Notes: generated from the letters alone by a model not told the origin. A stretch of DNA of 64,000 bases from Candidatus Heimdallarchaeota archaeon (GCA_030603365.1 JAUVXV010000009.1:1-64000), one strand, 5' to 3'; numbered from the stretch's first letter, positions 1-9,454 are shown. Numbers and translations: made by a program.

Positions 1-144
1 ATCTACTGAAGAATCTACTGAAGAATCTACTGAAGAATCTACTGAAGAATCTACTGAAGAATCTACTGAAGAATCTACTGAAGAATCTACTGAAGAATCT
101 ACTGAAGAATCTACTGAAGAATCTACTGAAGAATCTACTGAAGA
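1..144 (+). repeat. Perfect 12-bp tandem repeat (ATCTACTGAAGA)x12, truncated by window start
   Basis: 12 exact consecutive copies from base 1, with no spacers. Confidence 0.97.
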
Positions 145-157
145 GGTATCAGATTAG
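2..157 (+). CDS. 3' end of a partial CDS with acidic (STEE)n tail ending STEEVSD*
   Basis: Frame from base 2 reads TCT ACT GAA GAA repeatedly, then GAG GTA TCA GAT TAG (155-157), overlapping the convergent ribA stop; 5' part lies outside the window. Confidence 0.6.
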   Translation, partial: STEESTEESTEESTEESTEESTEESTEESTEESTEESTEESTEESTEEVSD

Positions 158-852
158 TTATCTTCTTCATCTTGACAGAATAGGGCTTCTGTCCCCATTA
201 AGTGACCACTATCTGATTTCGTAGCTAAATATTTCACATTATAGACATTGGGTGTGATAGCAATTGGGATTCTCTCTGTAACTTCTATACCACTATCGCA
301 TAGTTCCATTACTTTTTTTGGATTGTTTGTAAGTAATCGAACTGTTTTTATTTTCAAAGCCTTAAGAATATCAACTGCTACTAGATATGATCGCTCATCT
401 GCTTTAAATCCAAGAAGTTCATTCGCTTCATTAGTATCATAACCTAGCTCTTGTAGAGTGTAAGCTTTCATTTTGTTGAAAAGACCTATACCCCTCCCTT
501 CTTGTCTTAAGTATACAAGCATACCTGATTCTTGCTTAGATATATAATTCATGGCTGTTTCTAATTGTTCTCTACAGTCACAGCGTAGAGAAGTAAAAGC
601 ATCTCCTGTCAGACACTCAGAATGAATTCGAATTGGTAAATCTTTTTTACCTATTGCATCACCTTTTATAATTACAGCATGTTCTTTCATGTCCCTTAAG
701 CTTAACAGGCCTATAATTTCAAATTCTCCAAACTGAGTTGGTAGCTTTGCAATAGAACCAAAGTGTATTAACTCTGTATCTTTTAAATCAAGTTTTTCAA
801 TTGTTCCTCGTATTTTCTTCTCAATTTCTTCTGTCAATCTTACCATTCCCAA
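154..852 (-). CDS. ribA: GTP cyclohydrolase II
   Basis: RIHSECLTGD, SLRCDC zinc ligands, QEGRGIGL, LLTNNPKK motifs. Confidence 0.95.
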   Translation of the reverse strand: MGMVRLTEEIEKKIRGTIEKLDLKDTELIHFGSIAKLPTQFGEFEIIGLLSLRDMKEHAVIIKGDAIGKKDLPIRIHSECLTGDAFTSLRCDCREQLETAMNYISKQESGMLVYLRQEGRGIGLFNKMKAYTLQELGYDTNEANELLGFKADERSYLVAVDILKALKIKTVRLLTNNPKKVMELCDSGIEVTERIPIAITPNVYNVKYLATKSDSGHLMGTEALFCQDEEDN

Positions 853-884
853 TTTGCTTTGATATTTTAATTTGATTAATTCTA

Positions 885-1172
885 TTAAACTATTCTGAAG
901 TAAGGTAAATCATTCATTGCATCTTTCCATTTTATATCTATGTTGTAGACCTTAGCTGAAGGAGGACCTTGTTTTGCAAATTTAATCAATGTATGTAGTT
1001 CTTCTTCCGTTCCTTCTGCTATGATTTCAACAGAGCCGTCGTAAAGATTACATACTGTTCCTCTAATACCAAGCTTCTGAGCTACTTCTCTTGTACTATC
1101 TCTAAAGAAAACTCCCTGAACCAAACCTACAACAATTATTTCAACTCTTCTTTTTGTTTGGTGATTAGACAT
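885..1172 (-). CDS. acyP: Acylphosphatase (start reassigned to ATG at 1172)
   Basis: GLVQGVFFR, GTVCNLYDGSVE, QGPPSAKV; about 95 aa from MSNHQ. Confidence 0.92.
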   Translation of the reverse strand: MSNHQTKRRVEIIVVGLVQGVFFRDSTREVAQKLGIRGTVCNLYDGSVEIIAEGTEEELHTLIKFAKQGPPSAKVYNIDIKWKDAMNDLPYFRIV

Positions 1173-1956
1173 CGTTGAAACCTCTCTTATTGTCAATAAT
1201 CTTTTGAGAAAATTCAGGAAGAGTTTTTTCGCATGGACCAAAAATTGAATAGTCACTAATTGTTGAAATTGGAGTTTCTTCGATATTAAATTCTATAATC
1301 TTAGCATTGTTCTGCTTAGCGAATGCTGGTAGAGAAGAAACGGGTGCAACAACTCCAGATGTTCCAATTACAAGCATGATGTTAGCATTTAAAGTCCATT
1401 CAACTGCTTTGTCCCATCTCTCTGAAGCCAATGGTTCTCCAAACCATACAACATCGGGACGAAGTAATTGGTTATCACAATTCGGACAATAGGGTAAATC
1501 CAATTCTTTCTTCGATTCTTCTTTTGTGTCCCATCTTTCTATATGTTTACATGAACTACATCTACAATACCTGATTCTTCCATGAATTTCTACTATTTCC
1601 TTCGAACCAGCAAGTTCATGTAAACCATCAACATTTTGAGTAATAATCCCAATTGAAAGCCCTTCTTCTTCTAGTTCTGTTAAAGCATTATGTGCAGGAT
1701 TAGGTTCAGCTTCAAGTAGTATTCTCATTCTTGCTCTATACCATTCCCAAACCGTTTTAGGATCTCTTTGAAAAGCAAATGGAGTTGCTAAATCCTCAGC
1801 TCTGTAGTTATTCCACATCCCATCCTCTCCTCGAAATGTAGGCATCCCTGAAGCTTTTGAAATTCCTGCTCCTACAACTGAAACAATTTTTATTTCAGAA
1901 TCAACTAATTCTTTGATTACAGAATCAATTTCCATTAAAGATACTAGAGCTAACAT
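1165..1956 (-). CDS. cobB: Sir2/CobB NAD-dependent protein deacylase
   Basis: GAGIS..SG.PTFRG, ITQNVDGLH, HG, CxxC/CxxC zinc site, RPDVVWFGE, GTS. Confidence 0.95.
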   Translation of the reverse strand: MLALVSLMEIDSVIKELVDSEIKIVSVVGAGISKASGMPTFRGEDGMWNNYRAEDLATPFAFQRDPKTVWEWYRARMRILLEAEPNPAHNALTELEEEGLSIGIITQNVDGLHELAGSKEIVEIHGRIRYCRCSSCKHIERWDTKEESKKELDLPYCPNCDNQLLRPDVVWFGEPLASERWDKAVEWTLNANIMLVIGTSGVVAPVSSLPAFAKQNNAKIIEFNIEETPISTISDYSIFGPCEKTLPEFSQKIIDNKRGFNDV

Positions 1957-1986
1957 GAATAAAAAACTATAGTGAAAAAAGAAAAA

Positions 1987-3087
1987 TCAAATGTCGAATC
2001 GTCTTTTCTTACCTGTTACATCTTGGTACAATTTATCGATACTACTAGCGTATTCAGGATAACGTGTAAATGCGATTTGGAATGCCATATCGACTTCAGC
2101 TTCTTCCATTTCAGCAAATTGCTGTTTTGGATTTGTTGTAAGTGCATAGTATTGTGATATGATACTTGTTCCAGAGTATCTGATTATTTTAACTACTTCT
2201 CCTTCTAGTTTTCGGATAGAAGTATCAATTAGGCCTTTATGGCTATATCCACCTGCTTCTGCATCCTGTTGAAGTTTTTGCATAAGTTTCTTTGAAAAAT
2301 CGCTTTCTTCCCCGCCTTTTGCAACTCCAATGGTTAGATCACATATTACATTCGTTGGATAATTTGATAATAGCTCCGGTGTTGCAAATAAAACGTCAAA
2401 CTGATCTGGAGATACATATTCAGGAGGGAATAATGAAACTAGAAGCTCTCTTCTGGGTTGGAAAGATTGTAATGATGATAAGAATGGCTTTACCATTTCT
2501 TTAGAGCATACTACAATAATTGGCTTTCCAATGAGAAGAGCATGTATAACTCTATCTGGACCTTTATTTACTAATCTCATGAAGAAGTATGGAGATGCTT
2601 CGGATCTAACAATCTCGATAGATTGAGCAACTGAATCCTCTTGTTTTGTCTCCATAATTGAAGATAAATTCTGAGCCCAATTGTTGATTCTCATTTTCAT
2701 AGCTTCATCCATTTGATAGCTTGGTTCGTATAAAATTAGACCAGAAAGTTGTTTTGCTATGTTAGAACTGTGATAATTAAAAACTGGAACTTTCATGTAA
2801 AGTTGTGACTGAAATTCTTCAGGAATAACAAAAGTTAAACATGCCATTGTAATTGGAGATCTCTTACTTTTACATGGTATTCCAAAGAAAAATGAATAAG
2901 CGACACCACCTATATCATGTAAAGGCATGACTGCACTTGCTTCTCTCAAAATATCTGTAGCTGCTGCACCCATTAGCATACGTATAGATAGTTTCTGTGA
3001 TTCTTCCTCTGATAAATCTAAAAAATGTACAGGCTTAGTTCCCACAGAGTCATCAAATACACTAAAACATAGTTTGTATTCCATCAA
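1987..3087 (-). CDS. DENN-like protein (uDENN/longin plus cDENN), folliculin/SMCR8/NPRL2-like
   Basis: N-terminal FSVFDDSVGTKP longin-type start; central HALLIGKPIIVVC..MVKPFLSSLQSFQP resembles the cDENN core. Confidence 0.65.
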   Translation of the reverse strand: MMEYKLCFSVFDDSVGTKPVHFLDLSEEESQKLSIRMLMGAAATDILREASAVMPLHDIGGVAYSFFFGIPCKSKRSPITMACLTFVIPEEFQSQLYMKVPVFNYHSSNIAKQLSGLILYEPSYQMDEAMKMRINNWAQNLSSIMETKQEDSVAQSIEIVRSEASPYFFMRLVNKGPDRVIHALLIGKPIIVVCSKEMVKPFLSSLQSFQPRRELLVSLFPPEYVSPDQFDVLFATPELLSNYPTNVICDLTIGVAKGGEESDFSKKLMQKLQQDAEAGGYSHKGLIDTSIRKLEGEVVKIIRYSGTSIISQYYALTTNPKQQFAEMEEAEVDMAFQIAFTRYPEYASSIDKLYQDVTGKKRRFDI

Positions 3088-3238
3088 AATTTAAACTCTA
3101 TCATTTCTCTTAAATGTTCTGATGAGGGAAACAGAATCTCTCTTTCCTAGGTTCTAGAACTATATTTTAATTGCAAAAAAAGCGTAAATTTTTAAAGTGT
3201 TTGACTATATTATAACTACTACCTATCCGGTGATATGA

Positions 3239-3559
3239 GTGGTAGATGAAGGAGTATCAGTGGAAACTCTAGTTGAAAGACTAGGACGCACTAAACGCCT
3301 TATCCTCATAGAACTTACTAGGGGAGCAGTTGGATATAAAAAACTTTCAAAGAAACTGAAAATAGGTTTAGATACTATTAGGTCACATATCAAAACTGGT
3401 AAGCATTCAAATTCACTAACTCAACTTGGATTGATCAAGCAAGAGGAAAGGGGCTGGTCAATTACCGAACTAGGTAATAGTGTGTTAGAACAATTGAAGA
3501 GAGATCCTGAATATGCACCATACTTTGTTGAAGCTCCCAAAATGGAGAATGAAGCATAA
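3239..3559 (+). CDS. Winged-helix DNA-binding protein
   Basis: HTH (YKKLSKKLKIGLDTIRSHI) followed by wing GLIKQEERGWSITELG. Confidence 0.8.
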   Translation: MVDEGVSVETLVERLGRTKRLILIELTRGAVGYKKLSKKLKIGLDTIRSHIKTGKHSNSLTQLGLIKQEERGWSITELGNSVLEQLKRDPEYAPYFVEAPKMENEA

Positions 3560-3620
3560 AGAGGATGAAAATCTCTTTCTTTTTTCTTTTTTTTCTCTTA
3601 ATAACATTCCAAAGCTTTGG

Positions 3621-3713
3621 TTAGGAGTTAATGATTCTTTCTTTTCCTAGGATATCAATAAATGTTCCAGCCCTAGGTCCAGATCTTTTTCCTAATACTG
3701 TCACATAGAGGGT
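3621..3713 (-). pseudogene. lysS: 3' remnant of a class I lysyl-tRNA synthetase
   Basis: Manual minus-strand translation gives TLYVTVLGKRSGPRAGTFIDILGKERIINS*, aligning with LYNILLNTDRGPKLGPYVHTIG of the intact LysRS; preceded in frame by TGA. Confidence 0.8.
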
Positions 3714-3896
3714 TCAACCTATTAAGTGATGCCCCGCTGGATGCGTTAGATCCAAAACAAGCTTAACTGTCAAATGAAAAATAGCAAAGAGCTACTCTTC
3801 TTCTTTCTTTTTACTAGATGTAAGAGTAATTAATATAAAGGACTGCTTTTGAGTTAACTCAAGTATTGATATTAAATTAAGTTAGGCTGATGAAAA

Positions 3897-5561
3897 GTGT
3901 CCCAAGATTTTGACTTTGGCGAAGATAACGATGATGTTATCGGTAGAGGTACTTGGATAGACAAGCTCGCATTAGATGTTCTCAAGCGCAAGGATAACTT
4001 GAAAGGAGATCATCCTGAGATTGTTCGAACTGAAAGTGGTTTAGGCGCGTCTGGCTTTCCACATATCGGTTCATTTGCAGATGCATCCAGAGCTTATGCA
4101 TTCAAATTAGCTATTGAAGAATTAGATCGAAAAGCAGAATTCTTAGCATTTGCAGATGATTTAGATGGATTGAGGAAAGTACCAGCTGGAACACCACCTG
4201 AGTTAAAAGAACATCTTGGCAAGCCAGTCTCAATGATACCAGATCCATGGGGTTGTCATGAAAGCTATGGTCAGCACATGTCGTCTTTACTCATCGAGTC
4301 AATAGAAGATGCTGGTATTGAGTTTACCCCTGTCTCTGCATATAACATCTATAAAACAGGGAAAATGGGGCCCCAAGTTAAAAAAGTACTTAGTAAAGCA
4401 AAATTAGCTGGACAGATAATCAAAGATACAACTGGACAAGAAAAATATCTTGAAGTACTCCCTTATCATGCGGTTTGCGAAAAATGTGGTAAAATCTATA
4501 CTACTCAAGCAGTTTCATTTGATGCTAAGAAGGACCTAGTAGAATACCATTGTAAAGGTGATGAGATCCGAGGTAAATTACTAGAAGGATGTGGTCATCA
4601 TGGTTTTGCTAACATAAACAAAGCTGAAGGCAAACTTACTTGGAAAGTTGAGTTTGCTGCTAGATGGGAACTTCAACAAGTTGACTTTGAAGCATTTGGT
4701 AAAGATATATTTGAATCTGTAACTTGCAATGATGAAATATGCAAACAAATCTTCGATTATGAACCTCCAACTCATGCTAGATATGAAATGTTTCTTGATA
4801 AAGGTGGATCAAAGATTTCAAAATCAGCTGGAAATGTTTTTACTCCTCAAACATGGTATAGATATGGTTCTACGCAATCCTTAGCATTATTAACTTACAA
4901 ACGAATGGCAGGAAGTAGAACTCTGGCAGTAGATGATATTCCCGTTTATATGAAAGAAATCGATTTCCTTGAAAATGTTTACTTTGATAAAGTCAAGGAA
5001 GGTAATCAAGCTCGTAAGCGCAAACTAAATGGTTTATTTGAGTATTGTTGGCACTTAAATCCACCAGAGAAAATCTCTATTCAAGTTCCATATACTTTGC
5101 TGGTTAATCTAATTTCAGTAGCACCTAAAACAGAAGCTAAACGTAAAGATTTCTTGAAATCTCGATTGGAAGAGTATGGTTACTTGCGTGATGAAGCTAG
5201 CATTAAAGATATCAAAGATAGAATTCAATATGCTGAAAATTGGGTTGAAGATTTCAAGCAATTAGAAGAAGTAACTATTAAGCTTGATAAGCAACATAAG
5301 GTTGCAATTAAAGCATTAATCAAAGCATTGAAATCAGCTGAAACTGCAGATGATATACAATCAGCAATCTTTGAATCAGCAAGAGATAATGAAGTTAAAC
5401 CAAGAGACTTCTTTAAAATACTCTATAATATCTTGTTAAATACAGATAGAGGACCAAAGCTAGGTCCATATGTTCATACAATTGGAACGAAACAAACTAT
5501 AAAGACTTTAAAGAAAAGTCTATCAGAAGAAATCATTGCTAATGATCTCAATAGCTTCTAG
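3897..5561 (+). CDS. lysS: Class I lysyl-tRNA synthetase (intact)
   Basis: SGLGASGFPHIGS (HIGH), DDLDGLRKVP, GKLTWKVEFAARW, KISKS (KMSKS), C-terminal GPKLG. Confidence 0.96.
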   Translation: MSQDFDFGEDNDDVIGRGTWIDKLALDVLKRKDNLKGDHPEIVRTESGLGASGFPHIGSFADASRAYAFKLAIEELDRKAEFLAFADDLDGLRKVPAGTPPELKEHLGKPVSMIPDPWGCHESYGQHMSSLLIESIEDAGIEFTPVSAYNIYKTGKMGPQVKKVLSKAKLAGQIIKDTTGQEKYLEVLPYHAVCEKCGKIYTTQAVSFDAKKDLVEYHCKGDEIRGKLLEGCGHHGFANINKAEGKLTWKVEFAARWELQQVDFEAFGKDIFESVTCNDEICKQIFDYEPPTHARYEMFLDKGGSKISKSAGNVFTPQTWYRYGSTQSLALLTYKRMAGSRTLAVDDIPVYMKEIDFLENVYFDKVKEGNQARKRKLNGLFEYCWHLNPPEKISIQVPYTLLVNLISVAPKTEAKRKDFLKSRLEEYGYLRDEASIKDIKDRIQYAENWVEDFKQLEEVTIKLDKQHKVAIKALIKALKSAETADDIQSAIFESARDNEVKPRDFFKILYNILLNTDRGPKLGPYVHTIGTKQTIKTLKKSLSEEIIANDLNSF

Positions 5562-5744
5562 CAGTTCTCGATATATTGCTCTACCAGTTACTACTTCTTT
5601 GAAATTTCCAAGATGATAATGACCAATAGGATCCCATCCGGTTGTTCCTACTTGTTTATTGCCAAAGACTGACAAAGCTTCTTCACTGACAACTGTAGCC
5701 CAGTGTTTGTATGCTCTTTCTTCAGCATCTTCTGGAAGAGTCAT
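5523..5744 (-). pseudogene. lysS: 5' remnant of a second class I lysyl-tRNA synthetase
   Basis: HWATVVSEE...TTGWDPIGHYHLGNFKEVVTG matches the HWAD...SGxxPSGxxHxGNxRE start of class I LysRS; truncated after about 60 aa. Confidence 0.82.
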
Positions 5745-5793
5745 TGTTTTACTGGATCATATTCCTAACTAAAAAATTATGTTCACCGAGATT

Positions 5794-7155
5794 CTATTTT
5801 CCATGAATTTTGGAATAATATAAATCCATTTTTATTTGCCAGTCTCTATACTCTGCAGGCGAGTTTGGATATTCTAGACAATGTTTGGCTACAGATTTAC
5901 TTGTATCAATTGCTTTTTTCATTAGTAGAAGTAAACTATATTTTGGAAAACATCTCAAAGCAAGCATAAGATAATTGAATATAGAACGTTTTTTCATAAT
6001 CCCTTTGGATGTAAGATCTGACTGTTTGACTACTCCTCTTTTCAATAAAAACTCCAAATTTCTTGGACCTATTCTCTCTAAAGTAATTGTTAAAATCCTA
6101 CTTCTTGCATGTTCTGCTCCGAAATTTGAAATAATCAATTTATTGTATTCCCAAAGTTTTTCTGTTGTATAATTGTTCTGTTCTATAGCTTTCTTTGCAA
6201 CTAAACCCGCAAAATATCCTGCTATAAGAGCTGGACCGTGACCTTCTGCAGTTAGAGGGTCTGCATGAAAAGCTGCATCTCCCGCTACTATGAACCCAGG
6301 AGCAACCGCATTCCAAAGAGGAGGACGAATTGATACAATTCCTCCGCGACCATCTAAAGTTTCGTATGATCCTTTTGGGTAGTATTTCTCCATCGTATCG
6401 AAGTATACCTTCTTCACACTTTTATTTTGATTATTACCTTCTTTAATAAAACCAGTACCACAATTGAGTTTATATTTTCCATCTGAAAAAAACCATATGT
6501 AACCAGGTTCCGGTATGTCTTCCTCGTATTGCAGAACGATTTTTCCATCCAATCCATGTTCTTCCTTTAGTTGTATAATCTCTCTGTAACATGAAGCATA
6601 ATCAGATTTAGTGAGTGACTTAGATAAAATTGGTTCAAATTCATCAGGAAGTTTAGTTCTTATTACTCCCATAACCCCACTACAATCGATTACAATTTTT
6701 GCAAAATATTCTACTTCTTCTCCAGCTGAATTCTTGACTATAACTCCTGAAACTTTGTTATTTTCAAGAATTGGTTTAATTACTTTTGTTACATCTAAAA
6801 CTTTAGTGCCAAGATTAATTGTATCGTGTAAGAGTCTTTGACCATATTTATGTCTATCAACCATATATCCGATGGCTGGTAGAGTAATGTGATCCATTGG
6901 AAGTGAAGTTCTTAGTACAAGATCTTCAACTAGGACATTGATTTCATTTCCTGAAGGTGGCTTAATTCCTAATTTTTCTGATACGAAATGTGATGTCTTT
7001 TTAGATATGGCCTCACCGCAAACCTTGTCTCCAATCTCTTCCATTGGTTTCTTATCAATTAGCAAGACTTCTAAGTTGCTTCTTCTACAGCTTAAAGATG
7101 CAGCAACACCAGCTGGTCCTCCACCTACTATAATGACATCATATTCATTTTTCAT
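5794..7155 (-). CDS. Geranylgeranyl reductase family FAD oxidoreductase
   Basis: GGGPAG, KVCGEA, PGYIWFF, AGDAA, PLTAEGHG. Confidence 0.9.
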   Translation of the reverse strand: MKNEYDVIIVGGGPAGVAASLSCRRSNLEVLLIDKKPMEEIGDKVCGEAISKKTSHFVSEKLGIKPPSGNEINVLVEDLVLRTSLPMDHITLPAIGYMVDRHKYGQRLLHDTINLGTKVLDVTKVIKPILENNKVSGVIVKNSAGEEVEYFAKIVIDCSGVMGVIRTKLPDEFEPILSKSLTKSDYASCYREIIQLKEEHGLDGKIVLQYEEDIPEPGYIWFFSDGKYKLNCGTGFIKEGNNQNKSVKKVYFDTMEKYYPKGSYETLDGRGGIVSIRPPLWNAVAPGFIVAGDAAFHADPLTAEGHGPALIAGYFAGLVAKKAIEQNNYTTEKLWEYNKLIISNFGAEHARSRILTITLERIGPRNLEFLLKRGVVKQSDLTSKGIMKKRSIFNYLMLALRCFPKYSLLLLMKKAIDTSKSVAKHCLEYPNSPAEYRDWQIKMDLYYSKIHGK

Positions 7156-7284
7156 TGATAGAGGAAAATAAACTAGGTTGTAAATAAATTCTGTGTAACT
7201 AACCTTTTCTGAAACAAGGAAGAATTAAGTAAACCTTTTCTTTAATGAAAGAGTTTATTTGAGATAGGATTGATGATTGGTTTC

Positions 7285-8856
7285 CTAAGGAGTTTTAACC
7301 ATTTCTCGTGTAACTGAAGATTCTTTTTCTAAAACTTCACTTTCTGTTTTATCTCCAATGAAAACTTGGAATAACTCTAATGTAGGTGGTGTATCTCCTG
7401 AAACTTGTATTTCTACAGAATTTAGTTTTCCTACAACTGGAGATTCAGCAATCCATGTAATTATTTTATCTCCCCCATCATCAATCTGCTCCATTATTTG
7501 AGCATTTTCAGGATTCTTCTTTACAATTGTATGGTTGGCAGGAATTTTATCTGCTAATGAGATAAATTCCGTTGTTTCGCCTCTGATATTTTTAATAACA
7601 TATAAAATGGAATACCCCAACTCTCTTTCTGATGATTTGATGAATTTAGCTATTTTGAACAGAATTTTACCATCTTTATCTTTGACTATTTTCTTCCCTC
7701 TGAATAGATATGGGAAGTAATCTATGATGTATTCTTTATCTAGAGTTTGACCAGATCTAACATTCTTCTGTTTCCATCTAATATTGATTCCCTTTAGTTT
7801 TACTTTTTCAATAACACTATTTGGAGGTAAAGCTTCAGGTTTTGTTTTTAGTATTGTGAACTCTGGAGGTATATAGTCAACTATGTGTAGCTCTTGCAAT
7901 TGTCTATCATGAATGTTCAGATATTTTAATCTTGAAATGAATTCAAGACCTGAATGAGATATGCTCTCAAATGTATTAAGAACAGCGATAATTTCATTCT
8001 CCATGATTTCAAGTATAGTTCTAGTGATTCTTCTTGCAAGTTGATAGTTGATTTTTACTTCTTGTTTGGGTAGAATTTCAGGTATTTCCCAAATAATTTC
8101 TAATACTTTGTCTTTTTTCTCTTTTGTAGGATTTATCTCCAAATCCTCAACTGTCATGTTTTCTATCTCAAAACAATAAGGTATCTCATCAATAATTTCG
8201 ACATTAGTAATAGTACTATCCTTCTCATTCTTTATTCCAGAAGTTACAGTGATGTCTTTCAGAGTTTCTCCAAACCCTAGGGGGTTCTCTTTTTCTGTTT
8301 TTTGGATTTTTCCATTTGGTAGCTTGAATTGGCTTCGACTTTTAACCATTTTTGGAACTTGGTATCTATTATCCTCTATTAATTTCTGAAGTAGTTCTTT
8401 TCGCAGATATTCATCTTCAGGTAAACGAGTAATAGTGATTTCTTGACCAATTATTTTGTTATCTTCAGCTGTTTCAAATGCTTCTTCAAATTCTTTTGTT
8501 TCAACTTCTCTAGTTGATGCTATAAGATCCTCTAAGTCCTCAAGTAGTAAGTCCTCAGATCTTAATAAACGTAAAAGCAGATTATAGTCCGCAATGATTC
8601 CTGCTTCATTAAGGTATTCCTCAATCCATCGAGCAACTCTTGTCTCATGAGGTGCTAGAATGGTTGACCAAAAGTCATTTACAACTCTTACAATCTCTTG
8701 GAGATTCCTGCACTCGCTCTCATTTATCAAACCATGGGTATCATAAAATGATACTATGCCACTCATAGAAGTACCAAAAACATTGGTATATGGATCGATT
8801 TTTATGAAATATCTAGTTGAACCCCAAATTGTTTTCTGCTCTGTCATTCTAGTCAA
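7285..8856 (-). CDS. Hypothetical cytoplasmic protein with three Ig-like (DUF11-like) beta-sandwich repeats
   Basis: Three repeats of N...D.IP..F/H...I.W (DEIPYCF/IIWEIP, DYIPPEF/IRWK, DKIPANH/ITWIA); no signal peptide. Confidence 0.6.
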   Translation of the reverse strand: MTRMTEQKTIWGSTRYFIKIDPYTNVFGTSMSGIVSFYDTHGLINESECRNLQEIVRVVNDFWSTILAPHETRVARWIEEYLNEAGIIADYNLLLRLLRSEDLLLEDLEDLIASTREVETKEFEEAFETAEDNKIIGQEITITRLPEDEYLRKELLQKLIEDNRYQVPKMVKSRSQFKLPNGKIQKTEKENPLGFGETLKDITVTSGIKNEKDSTITNVEIIDEIPYCFEIENMTVEDLEINPTKEKKDKVLEIIWEIPEILPKQEVKINYQLARRITRTILEIMENEIIAVLNTFESISHSGLEFISRLKYLNIHDRQLQELHIVDYIPPEFTILKTKPEALPPNSVIEKVKLKGINIRWKQKNVRSGQTLDKEYIIDYFPYLFRGKKIVKDKDGKILFKIAKFIKSSERELGYSILYVIKNIRGETTEFISLADKIPANHTIVKKNPENAQIMEQIDDGGDKIITWIAESPVVGKLNSVEIQVSGDTPPTLELFQVFIGDKTESEVLEKESSVTREMVKTP

Positions 8857-9454
8857 CCCTCACTGTTTCTTCCATCGAAATAACCTCGTATTCGATTAAT
8901 TCCTCCGTAGAAATCTCGATATCTTCTTTGTTACTGTTTTTATGGTTCAAAATAGTCACAGAATAAGTTCCCTTTGGTAGATTATTATGAATATATCTTC
9001 TAACTAATGATACAGATTCAAAATACGTACTTGGACTAGCAGGAATTATGTCTAAATCCCCAAAAATGTCCATTTTGCGAATTTTAATAATCTCTCTGTT
9101 ACTTGGAGTATGTTTTCTCCTTTCAATAATTGTTCTTATGGTATCTAAATGAAAACCTGTAAGCTCTTTGTCAATTGATTCTTTGTAAAATTCTTCAGCT
9201 CTTTTAACATCATCTAACAACAAATATCTGCTGATAACTTTACTATAAGCATATGAAGCAATGTCGGTTTCCTCCATGTTTTCCATTGTTTCAGCAACAA
9301 AATGCCATAAAATAACTGATTCGATGAAATTGTCTTCTTTTTCTATCTCAATGATATTCTTTTCCATAAATTTTAAGAAATCATCAGCTGTTTTGTTAGC
9401 AAGAACTTCTTTCCCTTCACGAATCATTTTCGGAACTTTGTCTTCAGCACTCAA
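8849..9454 (-). CDS. Hypothetical protein with TPR-like helical N-terminus
   Basis: 201-aa ORF overlapping the next gene by 8 bp; A..AY...A.EFY helical repeat pattern. Confidence 0.55.
   Translation of the reverse strand: MSAEDKVPKMIREGKEVLANKTADDFLKFMEKNIIEIEKEDNFIESVILWHFVAETMENMEETDIASYAYSKVISRYLLLDDVKRAEEFYKESIDKELTGFHLDTIRTIIERRKHTPSNREIIKIRKMDIFGDLDIIPASPSTYFESVSLVRRYIHNNLPKGTYSVTILNHKNSNKEDIEISTEELIEYEVISMEETVRVD

Noticed and set aside
1-144. CRISPR array
   Set aside because: 12-bp units are contiguous with no spacers, and no cas genes are present
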